Shown: positions 32,641 through 42,007, counted from the first letter of the stretch. The stretch: 64,000 nucleotides of DNA from Selenomonadaceae bacterium (GCA_051653465.1 JBOFWE010000068.1:20007-84006), one strand, 5' to 3'. The notes: generated from the sequence alone by a model not told the origin. Numbers and translations are program-made.

Positions 32641-33042
32641 GTGCGTCTTTGGCATTACAAGTTGATTCCGGTATTGCCGCGCCAACAGTTGTTAGGGCAA
32701 CACCGGGAATGTTGTGCGCTTCGCGGCAACGGCTGGGGCCGCAAACATGCGACGGTGGATTATGTATTTCGGCACAGTCCCTGGACTTTATGGCTTTACC
32801 ACAAAATGATTTTGGCGGAGATGTGCCGCCGGGGCTATCGTTACGAGGCGAAGTGGGAAGATCCTTTTTATCGCGGGCTGCATTGTCTGCCTTGGACGGA
32901 GATCGCCAGGACGGCTGTTGATGTCGAAGGGCCTTATGCTGAACATGATGAGGCATATCTGCACGAATGTCTGGAAAACCTCCGGGGCAAAGGGATTCGT
33001 GTTATGCCGGAGCTGCTACGTCAAGGCGACGACATTGATTGA
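32641..33042 (+). CDS. Pyrimidine-dimer DNA glycosylase-like protein (TIGR02328-type, DenV-related)
   Basis: N-terminus VRLWHYKLIPVLPRQQLLGQHRE matches the MRLWH..LLP..QLlgQhrE signature as I remember it. GTG 32641 lies 6 nt after aaggag. ORF opens at 32587. Confidence 0.6.
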   Translation: MRLWHYKLIPVLPRQQLLGQHRECCALRGNGWGRKHATVDYVFRHSPWTLWLYHKMILAEMCRRGYRYEAKWEDPFYRGLHCLPWTEIARTAVDVEGPYAEHDEAYLHECLENLRGKGIRVMPELLRQGDDID

Positions 33043-33071
33043 ATGTATTAAAGAGACTAGAGGTGGCTGAT

Positions 33072-33605
33072 TTGAAGAAAGAAAATAGCGGATATGAAGC
33101 AGAAGCTGCCTGGCCGGGAGGCTTTTTTGCAGAGCTTAGCCAGCGTGCTTTTTGGGCAGATGATGAACGTGATCTGGCAGATGCCTGTCAGGCGGAACCT
33201 GACGGCGTCTGGGAAGAATATATAGCATCTGAGATGCCAGATGGTAGTGGGGATTCCGAGGGGGACGAAGGTTTTGTTTCTACGTTAACGGGGCTGATCC
33301 AGCAAGAATGGAAAGGCACAAAGCGGGCATTGTGCAGCCGGGCCTTGCTGTCAGAAAGTGTTTTTTACAAGATTCAGTCGGGACGGCGCAGTCCAGAGCG
33401 CGATGCGGTTATAGCCCTTGCTTTGGCAATGGGACTGGAACCGGAACAGGCAAGGTCGTTGCTAAGTTATCTTGGCTATGGGCTCAGTGAGTACATTAAA
33501 CGCGATTACGTTATTTTGCGTTGCCTTGAACAGCAGATTGACCCGGCTAAGGTAAATGCCGTTTTTGCTGAATGTGGCCTTCGCCAATTGACGGTAAGCG
33601 GTTAA
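33072..33605 (+). CDS. Hypothetical protein with C-terminal XRE-like HTH module
   Basis: SESVFYKIQSGRRSPERDAVIALALAMGLEPEQARSLLSYLGYGL pattern. Start is ambiguous (TTG 33039 or TTG 33072 after gaggtgg). Confidence 0.45.
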   Translation: MKKENSGYEAEAAWPGGFFAELSQRAFWADDERDLADACQAEPDGVWEEYIASEMPDGSGDSEGDEGFVSTLTGLIQQEWKGTKRALCSRALLSESVFYKIQSGRRSPERDAVIALALAMGLEPEQARSLLSYLGYGLSEYIKRDYVILRCLEQQIDPAKVNAVFAECGLRQLTVSG

Positions 33606-33683
33606 TCCCGGATGATTTTGGCGGATATGTATTTTGCCAGCAGCCGTAAAGCTGCTGGCAAAATAAAATAAAATCAGCATTAG

Positions 33684-33712
33684 TTGACAAAATAAGTTTT
33701 TCATGATATTAT
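33684..33712 (+). promoter_or_regulatory. Promoter of the cold-shock gene, followed by a long 5' UTR
   Basis: TTGACA, 17 nt spacer, TATTAT. About 125 nt of leader before the csp ATG. Confidence 0.55.
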
Positions 33713-33841
33713 AAACAAGTATTCAGATGTACCAATTGAACTCACATATTTTTGTAAGTTATTGTTTACGCGATGGTTTACAAAAATATGTGATTTTTTA
33801 TTTCGTACTAAAGATATAATACTAATTAGGAGGTACCTAAC

Positions 33842-34054
33842 ATGAATAAAGGTACAGTAAAATGGTTTAACGCAGACAAAGGCTTTGGCTTCATCACAAA
33901 TGCAGAAGGCGGCGAAGATTTGTTCGTACATTTCTCGGCAATCGTTTCCGAGGGTTTCAAAACTCTTAACGAAGGCCAGGAAGTTACTTTCGATATCGAA
34001 GCAGATCCGAAAAATTCCAGCAAATTAAGAGCAGCTAACGTTCAGGCGTTATAA
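33842..34054 (+). CDS. Cold-shock protein, CspA family
   Basis: [18 protein letters not shown] and [12 protein letters not shown] motifs. Confidence 0.95.
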   Translation: MNKGTVKWFNADKGFGFITNAEGGEDLFVHFSAIVSEGFKTLNEGQEVTFDIEADPKNSSKLRAANVQAL

Positions 34055-34065
34055 TCTCTTTAAAA

Positions 34066-34105
34066 AGCCACCGTCGAATACATGTATTCAACGGTGGCTT
34101 TTTTG
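34066..34105 (+). terminator. Terminator after csp
   Basis: agccaccgt...acggtggct followed by tttttt. Confidence 0.85.
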
Positions 34106-34108
34106 TGC

Positions 34109-34150
34109 AAAAAAATAGCCTGACCTGGAATAGGACTTCAAGGTCAGGCT
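34109..34150 (-). terminator. Strong minus-strand terminator ending the copy-1 RNA transcript
   Basis: Minus sense: agcctgacct...aggtcaggct followed by ATTTTTTT. Confidence 0.8.
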
Positions 34151-34240
34151 GTCCAGCATGATCTTCGTGATTTTGGTTTAAAACCACCCGGCTATTCGAA
34201 ACACCAAAGAAGTGATCCAAATGGTCAACATAGTCTATCT

Positions 34241-34419
34241 CAACAAAATCACACGCTGTAACTGTAGAACTATCATCACCAGCGTATAGACATCGTGTCT
34301 ATTGAAGATGTGACAGCAGCTTTACCTGCGGATAGTTCGTTAGAGGAAGTCATTCGGACTGCCTCCGGAAAGGTTTTGATGCCATGGCGGGCATCGGCGA
34401 ATAACCTCATCTATGTTTG
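34241..34419 (-). ncRNA. Unclassified structured RNA element, copy 1 (orphan, no downstream CDS)
   Basis: Extended -10 tgtTATAAT (34429-34421) and TTGATT -35. Conserved 5' ATAGATGAGG. Helices GAGGTTATTCG/CGAATGACTTC, GAACTATC/GATAGTTC, CGCTG/CAGCG. Conserved CTACAGTTACAGCGTGTGATTTTG 3' end. Confidence 0.6.
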
Positions 34420-34487
34420 AATTATAACATGAGGCGGAAGATAAATCAATGGAATAATCGGAAAATTCTGCTGATTTTATTCGAGGG

Positions 34488-35027
34488 TCACTTGCTTTTT
34501 GATTTTTTATTTGTTTGCTGGTGATGTGGGACTGGTGTAGTTTTTTTTGCTTTTTTCGGCAACACGGCTGTCGGCTCATCCTCTGCGAAAAAATGATCAG
34601 TCCAATTATCCTCGTCCGGTATTTCGGCGTGATACATGATTTTATTTGTGAGGTGAACTGCATCCGAGACTTTAACCCCCAACTCCTTGGCAATGCGCCC
34701 CCAGCCCTTATGCTGGTTTTGGCGCAGCTCCATGATCTGTTCAAGACTTTGCCCGCTCAGGTCGGACAGACCGTAGGCAATGGCGATCTCGCCGTTATTC
34801 AGATCTTCTTGCTGGAATTTCAAAATTTCAGGAGACGGATCCTTGATTAAAAGTAGTTCCTGCAGTGAGTTTGCAAGACGCTGGGCTTCAGGGGAAAGGT
34901 CTGAAATATTCTGGGGAGAAATGGGGCCTGCATTGGCTGGGGATTTATGCATATGAGCTGCATGAACTGAGGCTGAAAAAGAGAAACAGGTCGAAAGGAT
35001 GAGACTGCATACGATGAGCTTTTTCAT
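34488..35027 (-). CDS. Secreted hypothetical protein with Lys-rich C-terminus
   Basis: Signal peptide MKKLIVCSLILSTCFSFSASVHA. RBS gaggtg. No family recognised. Confidence 0.55.
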   Translation of the reverse strand: MKKLIVCSLILSTCFSFSASVHAAHMHKSPANAGPISPQNISDLSPEAQRLANSLQELLLIKDPSPEILKFQQEDLNNGEIAIAYGLSDLSGQSLEQIMELRQNQHKGWGRIAKELGVKVSDAVHLTNKIMYHAEIPDEDNWTDHFFAEDEPTAVLPKKAKKTTPVPHHQQTNKKSKSK

Positions 35028-35200
35028 ATAATCACCTCGTCATATATAATAATTTGCTATGCTGTCAGCATAGCATGAAATGGCTGGTGCTGACAAGGTC
35101 TTAGCTGTGCCGGCTGGACAGACGGCGTGAGGAACGGTATTATATAGATAAGATATTTGGGATGTGAAATGTATAACGAAATCAAAAAGGGAGGACAATT

Positions 35201-35620
35201 ATGATGAAGGCGTTTTTCCGGCGTATGGGAGTGCTTTTTTTGGCCTCGGTTTCGGGACTGCTTTTAGGTTGTGGGGAAGCCAGTGACAACGAAGCTGCGG
35301 GTGCTGAGGAACCGCTAATTGTACAAGAGATTTCTGCTGAGGAGGCAATGCAGGTTTGGCAGGAGAAGACAGCAGTTTTTATTGACGTGCGGACACCAGA
35401 GGAGTATAAAGCCGGGCATGTGCCGGGAGCTGTTTTAATCCCGCTGGCGGAACTTGAACAACGACTGGCGGAAATTCCCCGTGAACCACTTGTTTTGCTG
35501 ATTTGTCGCAGCGGTAACCGCAGCGGACAGGCAAATTTGATTTTGCAGCAGCATGGATACCGCAATACCCGCAGTGTCAGTGGTGGAATGAATGCCTGGC
35601 GGGGGGCGATTGAAACTTGA
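35201..35620 (+). CDS. Rhodanese-domain lipoprotein (sulfurtransferase-like)
   Basis: Lipobox LLLGC. Active-site loop CRSGNRS. RBS aagggagg. Confidence 0.8.
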   Translation: MMKAFFRRMGVLFLASVSGLLLGCGEASDNEAAGAEEPLIVQEISAEEAMQVWQEKTAVFIDVRTPEEYKAGHVPGAVLIPLAELEQRLAEIPREPLVLLICRSGNRSGQANLILQQHGYRNTRSVSGGMNAWRGAIET

Positions 35621-35666
35621 GATTGACAAAAAACAGCATGGACGATGCGTCCATGCTGTTTGACGG

Positions 35667-36029
35667 TCAGTTGTGCTGACAGGTGTGCTCGTGTTCGCTG
35701 CAGCTTGTGCCGGAATCGGTAAGAGTCCCTTGGAGCCAGGCTTTGGCAACGGCGGTTACCTCGCCACTGCAGCCGCGTAATACCTCAATGCCCGCTGTGT
35801 GCAGTACATTGACTGCACCTTGCCCCATGTTGCCGGCAAGCATTAAAGTTACGCCCATATTGGCTAGAACACCGGCGATATTTGACTTACAGCCGCAGCC
35901 AGCGGGTGATTCAACGATTTCCTGTGAAATAATTTCGTTGCTGTCATTTACTGTGAAGACGGTAAAATATTCACAGTGTCCGAAATGTCCGTCGATCATA
36001 TTCTGACGGGATGGTAAAGCGATTTTCAT
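35667..36029 (-). CDS. NifB/NifX-family (dinitrogenase FeMo-cofactor-binding fold) protein
   Basis: MKIALPS...DGHFGHCEYFTVF N-terminus typical of the family. Divergent from the DUF134 gene. Confidence 0.75.
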   Translation of the reverse strand: MKIALPSRQNMIDGHFGHCEYFTVFTVNDSNEIISQEIVESPAGCGCKSNIAGVLANMGVTLMLAGNMGQGAVNVLHTAGIEVLRGCSGEVTAVAKAWLQGTLTDSGTSCSEHEHTCQHN

Positions 36030-36065
36030 AAAATGACCTCCCTGATGTTTGCCATATATTTATGG

Positions 36066-36101
36066 CATATGCTATTTATTATACTTGATAAATAGCATAT
36101 G
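36066..36101. promoter_or_regulatory. Perfect 14-bp inverted repeat (8-nt spacer) in the divergent NifX-like/DUF134 promoter region
   Basis: CATATGCTATTTAT tatacttg ATAAATAGCATATG. A second small palindrome gccatatatttatggc abuts it. Confidence 0.5.
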
Positions 36102-36128
36102 TCAATAATAAAAGAAAGGTAGTGTATT

Positions 36129-36485
36129 ATGCCAAGACCCATAAAGTGCCGCCGGGTATGCTGTTTGCCGGCCTGCAACCGGTTTGGCCCGATTCAGCCG
36201 CGGGCTGATGAGCCGCAATATATCCAAATGACAATTGATGAATATGAAACGATTCGCCTGATCGATTTAGAGGAACTTAATCAAGAAGAGTGTGCTGCCA
36301 GAATGAATGTGGCCAGGACGACCGTGCAGGCAATTTATAATGGAGCGCGTAAAAAACTGGCCGAATCTTTGGTCCGGGGGAAGATGCTTCGCATTGAGGG
36401 CGGCGAATATAAGCTTTGTGAAGGACAAAACCATGCTTGTGGTAAGGAAAAATGCAATCGGCGAAATTTTACTGAAATCGTATAG
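36129..36485 (+). CDS. DUF134 (UPF0251) predicted DNA-binding protein
   Basis: [10 protein letters not shown]...P..NRFGP N-terminus. Sigma-70 region-4-like HTH ([25 protein letters not shown]). Confidence 0.75.
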   Translation: MPRPIKCRRVCCLPACNRFGPIQPRADEPQYIQMTIDEYETIRLIDLEELNQEECAARMNVARTTVQAIYNGARKKLAESLVRGKMLRIEGGEYKLCEGQNHACGKEKCNRRNFTEIV

Positions 36486-36508
36486 CCGGAAAAAGGGGGG
36501 CCGTCTGA

Positions 36509-37270
36509 ATGAATGTACGCAGCAGAAGACAGGCAGTATTGGAAGATTTGAAAGAAACGGGTGTTGTCAATATCAACGAACTTGCTGCCCGGCTGAGTGT
36601 TTCGTCGATGACGATTCGCCGTGATCTGCGGCGGCTGGCCGAACAGGGGCTGGTTACCTTGGTGCGGGAGGGGGCAATTTTAAATTCGGGAGCAGCTTCT
36701 CTGTATAATTTGACTCTGCGGGAGAAAAAAGAACAGACAGAGAAGGGCCGGATTGGGCGTTACTGTGCGGATTTAATCAAGGAAGGAAATGCGGTTTTTA
36801 TTGATTGCGGGTCGACGGCAAAAGCCATTGCCGAGGCAATTACGACGAAAAAAAATATTGTGGTACTGACAAATTCATTGCCGGTAATGAATATTTTAGG
36901 CAATAATAAAAATATTCGCCTGATTTCTGTGCCAGGAGTCTATGTTGAGGCGAATCAAGGTTTTTGGGGTGAGCTGGCATCTGAGTTTTTGCGCCGGTTT
37001 AAACTGGATATTGTCTTCATTGGGGCCTGGGCTATTGATGTGGAAAGTGGGATCATGACACCGGACGTCAGTGCTGCGCAGACGGAGTCGGTGTTATTAA
37101 AACAAGGCCGGAAGACGGTCGTGGTGATTGATCATACTAAGCTAGGAACGTCAGCCCTTATTCAAATTGGCGAATTTGACGATATTGACTTGATTGTAAC
37201 GGATCGTAACGCGGATGAAAAGATCCTTGCGGAAATCCGCAGCAAAGGAGTAGAAATTTCGCTTGTATAA
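36509..37270 (+). CDS. DeoR/GlpR family transcriptional regulator
   Basis: N-terminal HTH (INELAARLSVSSMTIRRDLRRL) plus a DeoR C-terminal sugar-phosphate sensor domain. Confidence 0.85.
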   Translation: MNVRSRRQAVLEDLKETGVVNINELAARLSVSSMTIRRDLRRLAEQGLVTLVREGAILNSGAASLYNLTLREKKEQTEKGRIGRYCADLIKEGNAVFIDCGSTAKAIAEAITTKKNIVVLTNSLPVMNILGNNKNIRLISVPGVYVEANQGFWGELASEFLRRFKLDIVFIGAWAIDVESGIMTPDVSAAQTESVLLKQGRKTVVVIDHTKLGTSALIQIGEFDDIDLIVTDRNADEKILAEIRSKGVEISLV

Positions 37271-37466
37271 AAAGAAGTTTTGATAACAACAGACAGAATA
37301 TTCTGTTTGTTGTTATTTTTTTGTGAAAAAACAGCTCGCAATCTGACTTGTAACAAATATGAGGATTTTTATACAAAGGTAAGACTTTATTTGCTGTGAA
37401 GCGCTTGTAAAGTATAGCTTCTCCGGGTAGTATAGCAAGTAGAGAGGCTGCTTGGGAGGGGTGCAT

Positions 37467-37841
37467 ATGGATTTTCTGTTGCTTTCAGATGGCATTGCCG
37501 CTACGGAGATGCTGCGACTGATGCAGGGGCATTTTTCATCGCCGGAAATCAAAGCGATCAGCTTGGCCAAGGGCGAGCGCGCGTTCCTTTTACCATATTT
37601 GAAAAATATGTCGGCACAAGGTCTTATTTTTTGTGATGGTTTTGATGGGCAGGCCTTTAAACTGTGCTGCCAGACAGCGAAACAACTTGAGCTGCAGCAT
37701 CATTTTTTATTTGTTAGTCAGATTCGGTTTTTAAGTCTGTTTAAGCTTTATGGACTCAAAGAGGTGCTGGATTTTACAGCAGCGCGCTCTTTGCTGGAAA
37801 ACCCAGGCAGCGAAACAAATGTGAAATTTTATGAAATATGA
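37467..37841 (+). CDS. Hypothetical protein with degenerate PTS EIIA(Man)-like fold
   Basis: MDFLLLSDGIAATEMLRLMQG aligns by eye with the MISVIITGHGEFATGLL of the EIIA at 17881, but has Asp where the phospho-His sits. RBS gggagggg. Confidence 0.35.
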   Translation: MDFLLLSDGIAATEMLRLMQGHFSSPEIKAISLAKGERAFLLPYLKNMSAQGLIFCDGFDGQAFKLCCQTAKQLELQHHFLFVSQIRFLSLFKLYGLKEVLDFTAARSLLENPGSETNVKFYEI

Positions 37842-37850
37842 GGTACGATT

Positions 37851-38648
37851 ATGAAAAAAGCGGTATTTTTTGATATCGATGGAACACTGCTTGATGGCAG
37901 CCGCGGCATGTTTGCTATGACGGAGACCACGCGCCGGGCGATCCGCCAATTACAGAAAAACGGGGATTTTGTATTTCTAGCTTCCGGACGGCCGTATGCT
38001 TTTATTTATCAGGATTTATTGGACTTTGGTTTTGATGGATTTATTTTGATGAATGGAGCCTGCATTAAGATAGGGGAAAAGGTCATTTATCGCCAGACGC
38101 TGCCGGTAGATTTTGTCAGATCGGTCTGTGCGGTTTGCCATGAACATCAGATTGAATATCTTCTGGAAGGGGAAGATGAGGTATACCTCGATGCAAATTT
38201 TCAGCGATTATCAGACTTTTATGAGTCATTTCAAATGCCGCAGACGAGACTGCGGCGTGAATTTCCCTTTGATCAGATTGTGCAGCGGACCTTTAAAATG
38301 GAGTTTGGTTTGAAAAGTGAAGAGCAATTGGCTATCTGTCATGCTTTTGTGGGTGAGGATATTGATTATATGCGCGATCCCCGCCTTAAACGGCATTTTG
38401 AGCTTTATTCAAAAAAAGCTACAAAAGCGACGGCAATTTTAAAGACGTTAGAATATCTAGGGATTGCACTGGAAAACAGCTATGCTTTTGGCGATGGTAA
38501 AAATGATATGGAAATGCTCGGAACGGTTAAACATAGTTTTGCCATGGGGAATGCGGCCGCCGAAGTACAGGCAATAGCGGCGCATGTTGTTCCGGCAGTA
38601 CAGCACGATGGAGTTGCCAGCGGCATTGCGCAGTATATTCTTGCCTGA
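37851..38648 (+). CDS. Cof-type HAD-IIB phosphatase
   Basis: VFFDIDGTLL, SGRP and GDGKNDMEML motifs. Confidence 0.85.
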   Translation: MKKAVFFDIDGTLLDGSRGMFAMTETTRRAIRQLQKNGDFVFLASGRPYAFIYQDLLDFGFDGFILMNGACIKIGEKVIYRQTLPVDFVRSVCAVCHEHQIEYLLEGEDEVYLDANFQRLSDFYESFQMPQTRLRREFPFDQIVQRTFKMEFGLKSEEQLAICHAFVGEDIDYMRDPRLKRHFELYSKKATKATAILKTLEYLGIALENSYAFGDGKNDMEMLGTVKHSFAMGNAAAEVQAIAAHVVPAVQHDGVASGIAQYILA

Positions 38649-38811
38649 AGGGAAAAATAGACCGCAGCCGGATATACAAAATATATCCGGCTGCGGTCTA
38701 TTTAGATAGGAAATATTTACTTGAAATTACAGAAAATATAGAATAATATAAATATAGAATGGCGTGAATTATATGCTGCTGACGATAATAGTAGAGGGGA
38801 CGTGACGTCGG

Positions 38812-41244
38812 ATGGAAAAGAGTACAAATGAAAAGACATTACGGTCAATAGCAGAACTTGGAGCAGAGCAGTTACGTTTTTATTGTGACGAGGATTGTCT
38901 GGCTTTTTCGACAACGGCGACAGTTCCTCCTTTAGACGGCATGATCGGCCAGGACAGGGCGGTAAAAGCAGTTGAGTTTGGACTTAATACAAAAAAACTC
39001 GGTTACAATATTTTTATTTCCGGAATGGTCGGAACGGGAAAATTCACGTATGCCAAGCAGGTTGTTCGGCGCATGGCTAAACAGCAGACCGTACCACAGG
39101 ACTGGTGTTATGTAAATAATTTTGATGAAAGTGGGCAGCCGGTAGCTATTAGTCTGCCACCCGGCATGGGCCGGCTGTTTCGTCAGGACATGAAGGAACT
39201 GATTGAGAATTTACGCAGTGAAGTGCCGAAGGCATTTAGCAGTGATGATTATGAACAGGAACGGGCCTTTATTCTAAAAGACTTTCAGGATAAAAGAGCG
39301 GTCTTGCGGGATAATTTTAATGAAAAAGCAGCAGCATTTTCCATAATGCCTAAGTGGTCAAGCACTGGTTTTATGATGCTGCCGCTACTTGATGGCAAAC
39401 CCGTTTCCGAAGAGGATTTTAACAAGCTCGATGAAGTGCAAAAAGAAAAAATTCAGGCAAGTCTTCAGGCGGTACATGATTTGGCCATTATTGCATCAAG
39501 GCAGGAGCAGGAATTTGAACGGGAAACCAAGGGGAAAATTGCTGAACTGGACCAGAAAGTGGCTCTGTTTGCCGTAGGGCATCTGATTGAGGAGATGCAG
39601 GAGAAGTATGGCGATCATAATGGTGTAACTGAATATCTGAGTGCTGTAAAATGGGATGTTGTAAAAAACATCAATGATTTCAAGCAGCAGGCTCCAGCAG
39701 AGGAGGAAAGTCCACTGGCCCTGTTTGAAAAGCCGGTGAAGGAAGCCATGCGAGGGCGTTATGCTGTCAATTTGCTGGTCGATAATCATCATTGTGAGGG
39801 GGCGCCGGTGGTCATTGAGATCAATCCAACCTACTATAATTTATGCGGACGGGTGGAATACTCGAGTAGGATGGGGGTTGTCAGCACCGATTTTACGATG
39901 ATTAAGCCGGGAGGGTTCCATCTGGCCAATGGCGGGTACTTAATAGTGAATGCCGTAGATGTCCTAACGCATCCCGGGGTATGGGAGGCCGTAAAGAGGA
40001 CGCTTAAGACGAAAAAACTCTATATTGAAAGCCTGGGCGAGCAGTATGGGCTTATTGCTATGGCTTCATTAAAACCACAGGCAATTCCTATCGAGGTCAA
40101 AGTCATTATGCTGGGGAGCTCTTATCTTTACCACATTCTTTATCAGTACGATGAGGATTTTAGAAAATTGTTTAAAATTCATGCAGATTTTGATGTACAG
40201 CTGGACAATAATCGGCAGAATATCGAAAAACTCGCAGGTTTTGTGAGCACAACAATAAAAAAAGAAAGCCTGAAGGAGTTTACGCGGGCAGCGGTTGCCC
40301 GGGTGGTAGAATATACGGCCCGTTTGAGTGGGAGTCAGAATAAGTTTACGGCCAGATTTAATCAGATTGTCGAGATTGTCTGTGAAGCCGATTCCTGGGC
40401 AGAGGCACAGGGGGCTGAAATTACCGATGAGTGCCATGTCCTGCAGGCAATAGCAGAAAAAAGATACCGGGCGAATAAATATGAGGAACGGATTCAGGAA
40501 ATGTTCCGCGAGGGAATGTATCTGATTGATATCGCTGGAACCGAGATTGGCCAGGTTAACGGGCTTGCTGTGCTGGGAATTGGCGAATATGCTTTTGGGA
40601 AGCCCTCACGCATAACCGCCAACACGTATCTTGGCCGCGAAGGAATTATTAATATCGAGCGCGAAACAAAAATGAGTGGAGCCTCGCACAGCAAGGGTAT
40701 ACTGATTCTCAGCAGTTATCTCGGTCAAAAATATGCGCAGGAAATACCGCTTTCTCTTACTGCCAGCCTGACGTTTGAACAGCTGTATGAAGGCGTCGAT
40801 GGGGATAGTGCTTCAAGTGCGGAGCTGTATGCGATTTTATCGAGCCTTGCCGATCTGCCTTTGCGTCAGGATTTAGCTGTTACCGGTTCGGTAAATCAAA
40901 AGGGCGAAATTCAGCCAATTGGTGGTGTTACAGAAAAAATTGAGGGCTTTTTTGAGGTATGCCGAATCAAAGGCTTTACTGGCAAGCAGGGGGTTTTAAT
41001 TCCGCAGCAAAACATAAAAGATCTTGAACTCAATGAAGAAGTTATTGAGGCTGTAAAAAACAATGAATTTCATATTTATGCCATTAAGAACATTGATGAA
41101 GGACTGGAACTTTTGACATCGACGCCAGCTGGGACCGTGGAAGTTGCCGATTCGGTGCATGGACGGGTTTTTGCTAAGCTGAAGCTATATTATGCTGCCT
41201 ATGGCAAAGCCAAGCAGGGGAAAAAAGAAGACGAGGATAACTGA
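38812..41244 (+). CDS. Lon-related ATP-dependent protease (COG1067-type: AAA+ plus Lon S16 protease domain)
   Basis: Walker A GMVGTGKF. C-terminal Lon protease motifs GVDGDSASSAE (Ser) and GGVTEKIEGF (Lys). Confidence 0.8.
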   Translation: MEKSTNEKTLRSIAELGAEQLRFYCDEDCLAFSTTATVPPLDGMIGQDRAVKAVEFGLNTKKLGYNIFISGMVGTGKFTYAKQVVRRMAKQQTVPQDWCYVNNFDESGQPVAISLPPGMGRLFRQDMKELIENLRSEVPKAFSSDDYEQERAFILKDFQDKRAVLRDNFNEKAAAFSIMPKWSSTGFMMLPLLDGKPVSEEDFNKLDEVQKEKIQASLQAVHDLAIIASRQEQEFERETKGKIAELDQKVALFAVGHLIEEMQEKYGDHNGVTEYLSAVKWDVVKNINDFKQQAPAEEESPLALFEKPVKEAMRGRYAVNLLVDNHHCEGAPVVIEINPTYYNLCGRVEYSSRMGVVSTDFTMIKPGGFHLANGGYLIVNAVDVLTHPGVWEAVKRTLKTKKLYIESLGEQYGLIAMASLKPQAIPIEVKVIMLGSSYLYHILYQYDEDFRKLFKIHADFDVQLDNNRQNIEKLAGFVSTTIKKESLKEFTRAAVARVVEYTARLSGSQNKFTARFNQIVEIVCEADSWAEAQGAEITDECHVLQAIAEKRYRANKYEERIQEMFREGMYLIDIAGTEIGQVNGLAVLGIGEYAFGKPSRITANTYLGREGIINIERETKMSGASHSKGILILSSYLGQKYAQEIPLSLTASLTFEQLYEGVDGDSASSAELYAILSSLADLPLRQDLAVTGSVNQKGEIQPIGGVTEKIEGFFEVCRIKGFTGKQGVLIPQQNIKDLELNEEVIEAVKNNEFHIYAIKNIDEGLELLTSTPAGTVEVADSVHGRVFAKLKLYYAAYGKAKQGKKEDEDN

Positions 41245-41333
41245 TTCTTGTGGTCTGCTGAGGGCAAAGTCTTTTCTGCCCTTGACAGACCACGTTTTTT
41301 TGGATAACATAATACCGGTTAGGCTAGATAATA

Positions 41334-41921
41334 GTGGGGATGATGATGATCAACAACAAAACAGAAACTCGCGGCTTGATTTTAAATACGGCAGCGGTTC
41401 TTTTTCGCAATAAAGGCTATCATGCTACAGGCCTCAATGAAATTATCCGCGAAAGTGGTGCTCCTAAAGGCTGTCTATACTATCATTTCCCGCAGGGGAA
41501 AGAACAATTGGCCCAGGAAGCAATAAAAGTAGTGGGGCTTGAAATTCAGGCAAAAATGGAAAAGGTGTTTCAGGTATATGATGAGCCGGTCGAAGCTATT
41601 CAGGAATTTATTCGGCAATCGACGGAAAGCATTTTTACCCGGGCTGAGGATCGGCGGTTTTCTGTCAGTCTGCTGGCCCTAGAGACCATGAATATGAATG
41701 AAAATTTGCGGCAAACCTGCAGTGAAGTGTTTGCAGACTGGGAAGAGGTCGTTTATAATAAACTGTGCAGTGGCGGTTTTTCACCAGAGAGGGCGCGCAG
41801 CTGCAGTGAAATGGTTATTGCCATGATTGAGGGCGCGATGACCTTATCGCTGACCAAACGCCAGCCGGAAGCACTGCTTTCGTTTGCAGATTGGGCCGGA
41901 AGGCTGCTGCGCCAACAGTGA
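41334..41921 (+). CDS. TetR/AcrR family transcriptional regulator
   Basis: HTH FRNKGYHATGLNEIIRESGAPKGCLYYHF. Start is ambiguous among GTG 41334 and ATG 41340-41346. Confidence 0.8.
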   Translation: MGMMMINNKTETRGLILNTAAVLFRNKGYHATGLNEIIRESGAPKGCLYYHFPQGKEQLAQEAIKVVGLEIQAKMEKVFQVYDEPVEAIQEFIRQSTESIFTRAEDRRFSVSLLALETMNMNENLRQTCSEVFADWEEVVYNKLCSGGFSPERARSCSEMVIAMIEGAMTLSLTKRQPEALLSFADWAGRLLRQQ

Positions 41922-42007
41922 TGTCATAATTGCAGCACAGATAAAGAAACCGTCCTGCGGTTGGGGGGACTCGGCTTGGGGGCGGCGTATTTTATTGAGA
42001 TTTATCT

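Noticed and set aside
34167-34220. 17-codon hydrophobic ORF (MLTIWITSLVFRIAGWF) downstream of RNA copy 1, considered as a type I toxin or leader peptide.
   Set aside because: No convincing RBS, and it is not present after copies 2 and 3. It cannot be supported from sequence alone.
34241-34419. Reading the repeated element on the plus strand (gcctccggaaagg, gaaagg-type strings).
   Set aside because: The wobble pairs in the conserved helices are G-U only on the minus strand and would be A-C on the plus strand. The promoters and terminators are on the minus strand, and no plus-strand gene follows any copy.
38812-41244. The Lon-like protease as BrxL of a BREX defence system.
   Set aside because: No other BREX components (PglX methyltransferase, PglZ, BrxA/B/C) are nearby. 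Its neighbours are HAD phosphatase and TetR genes.
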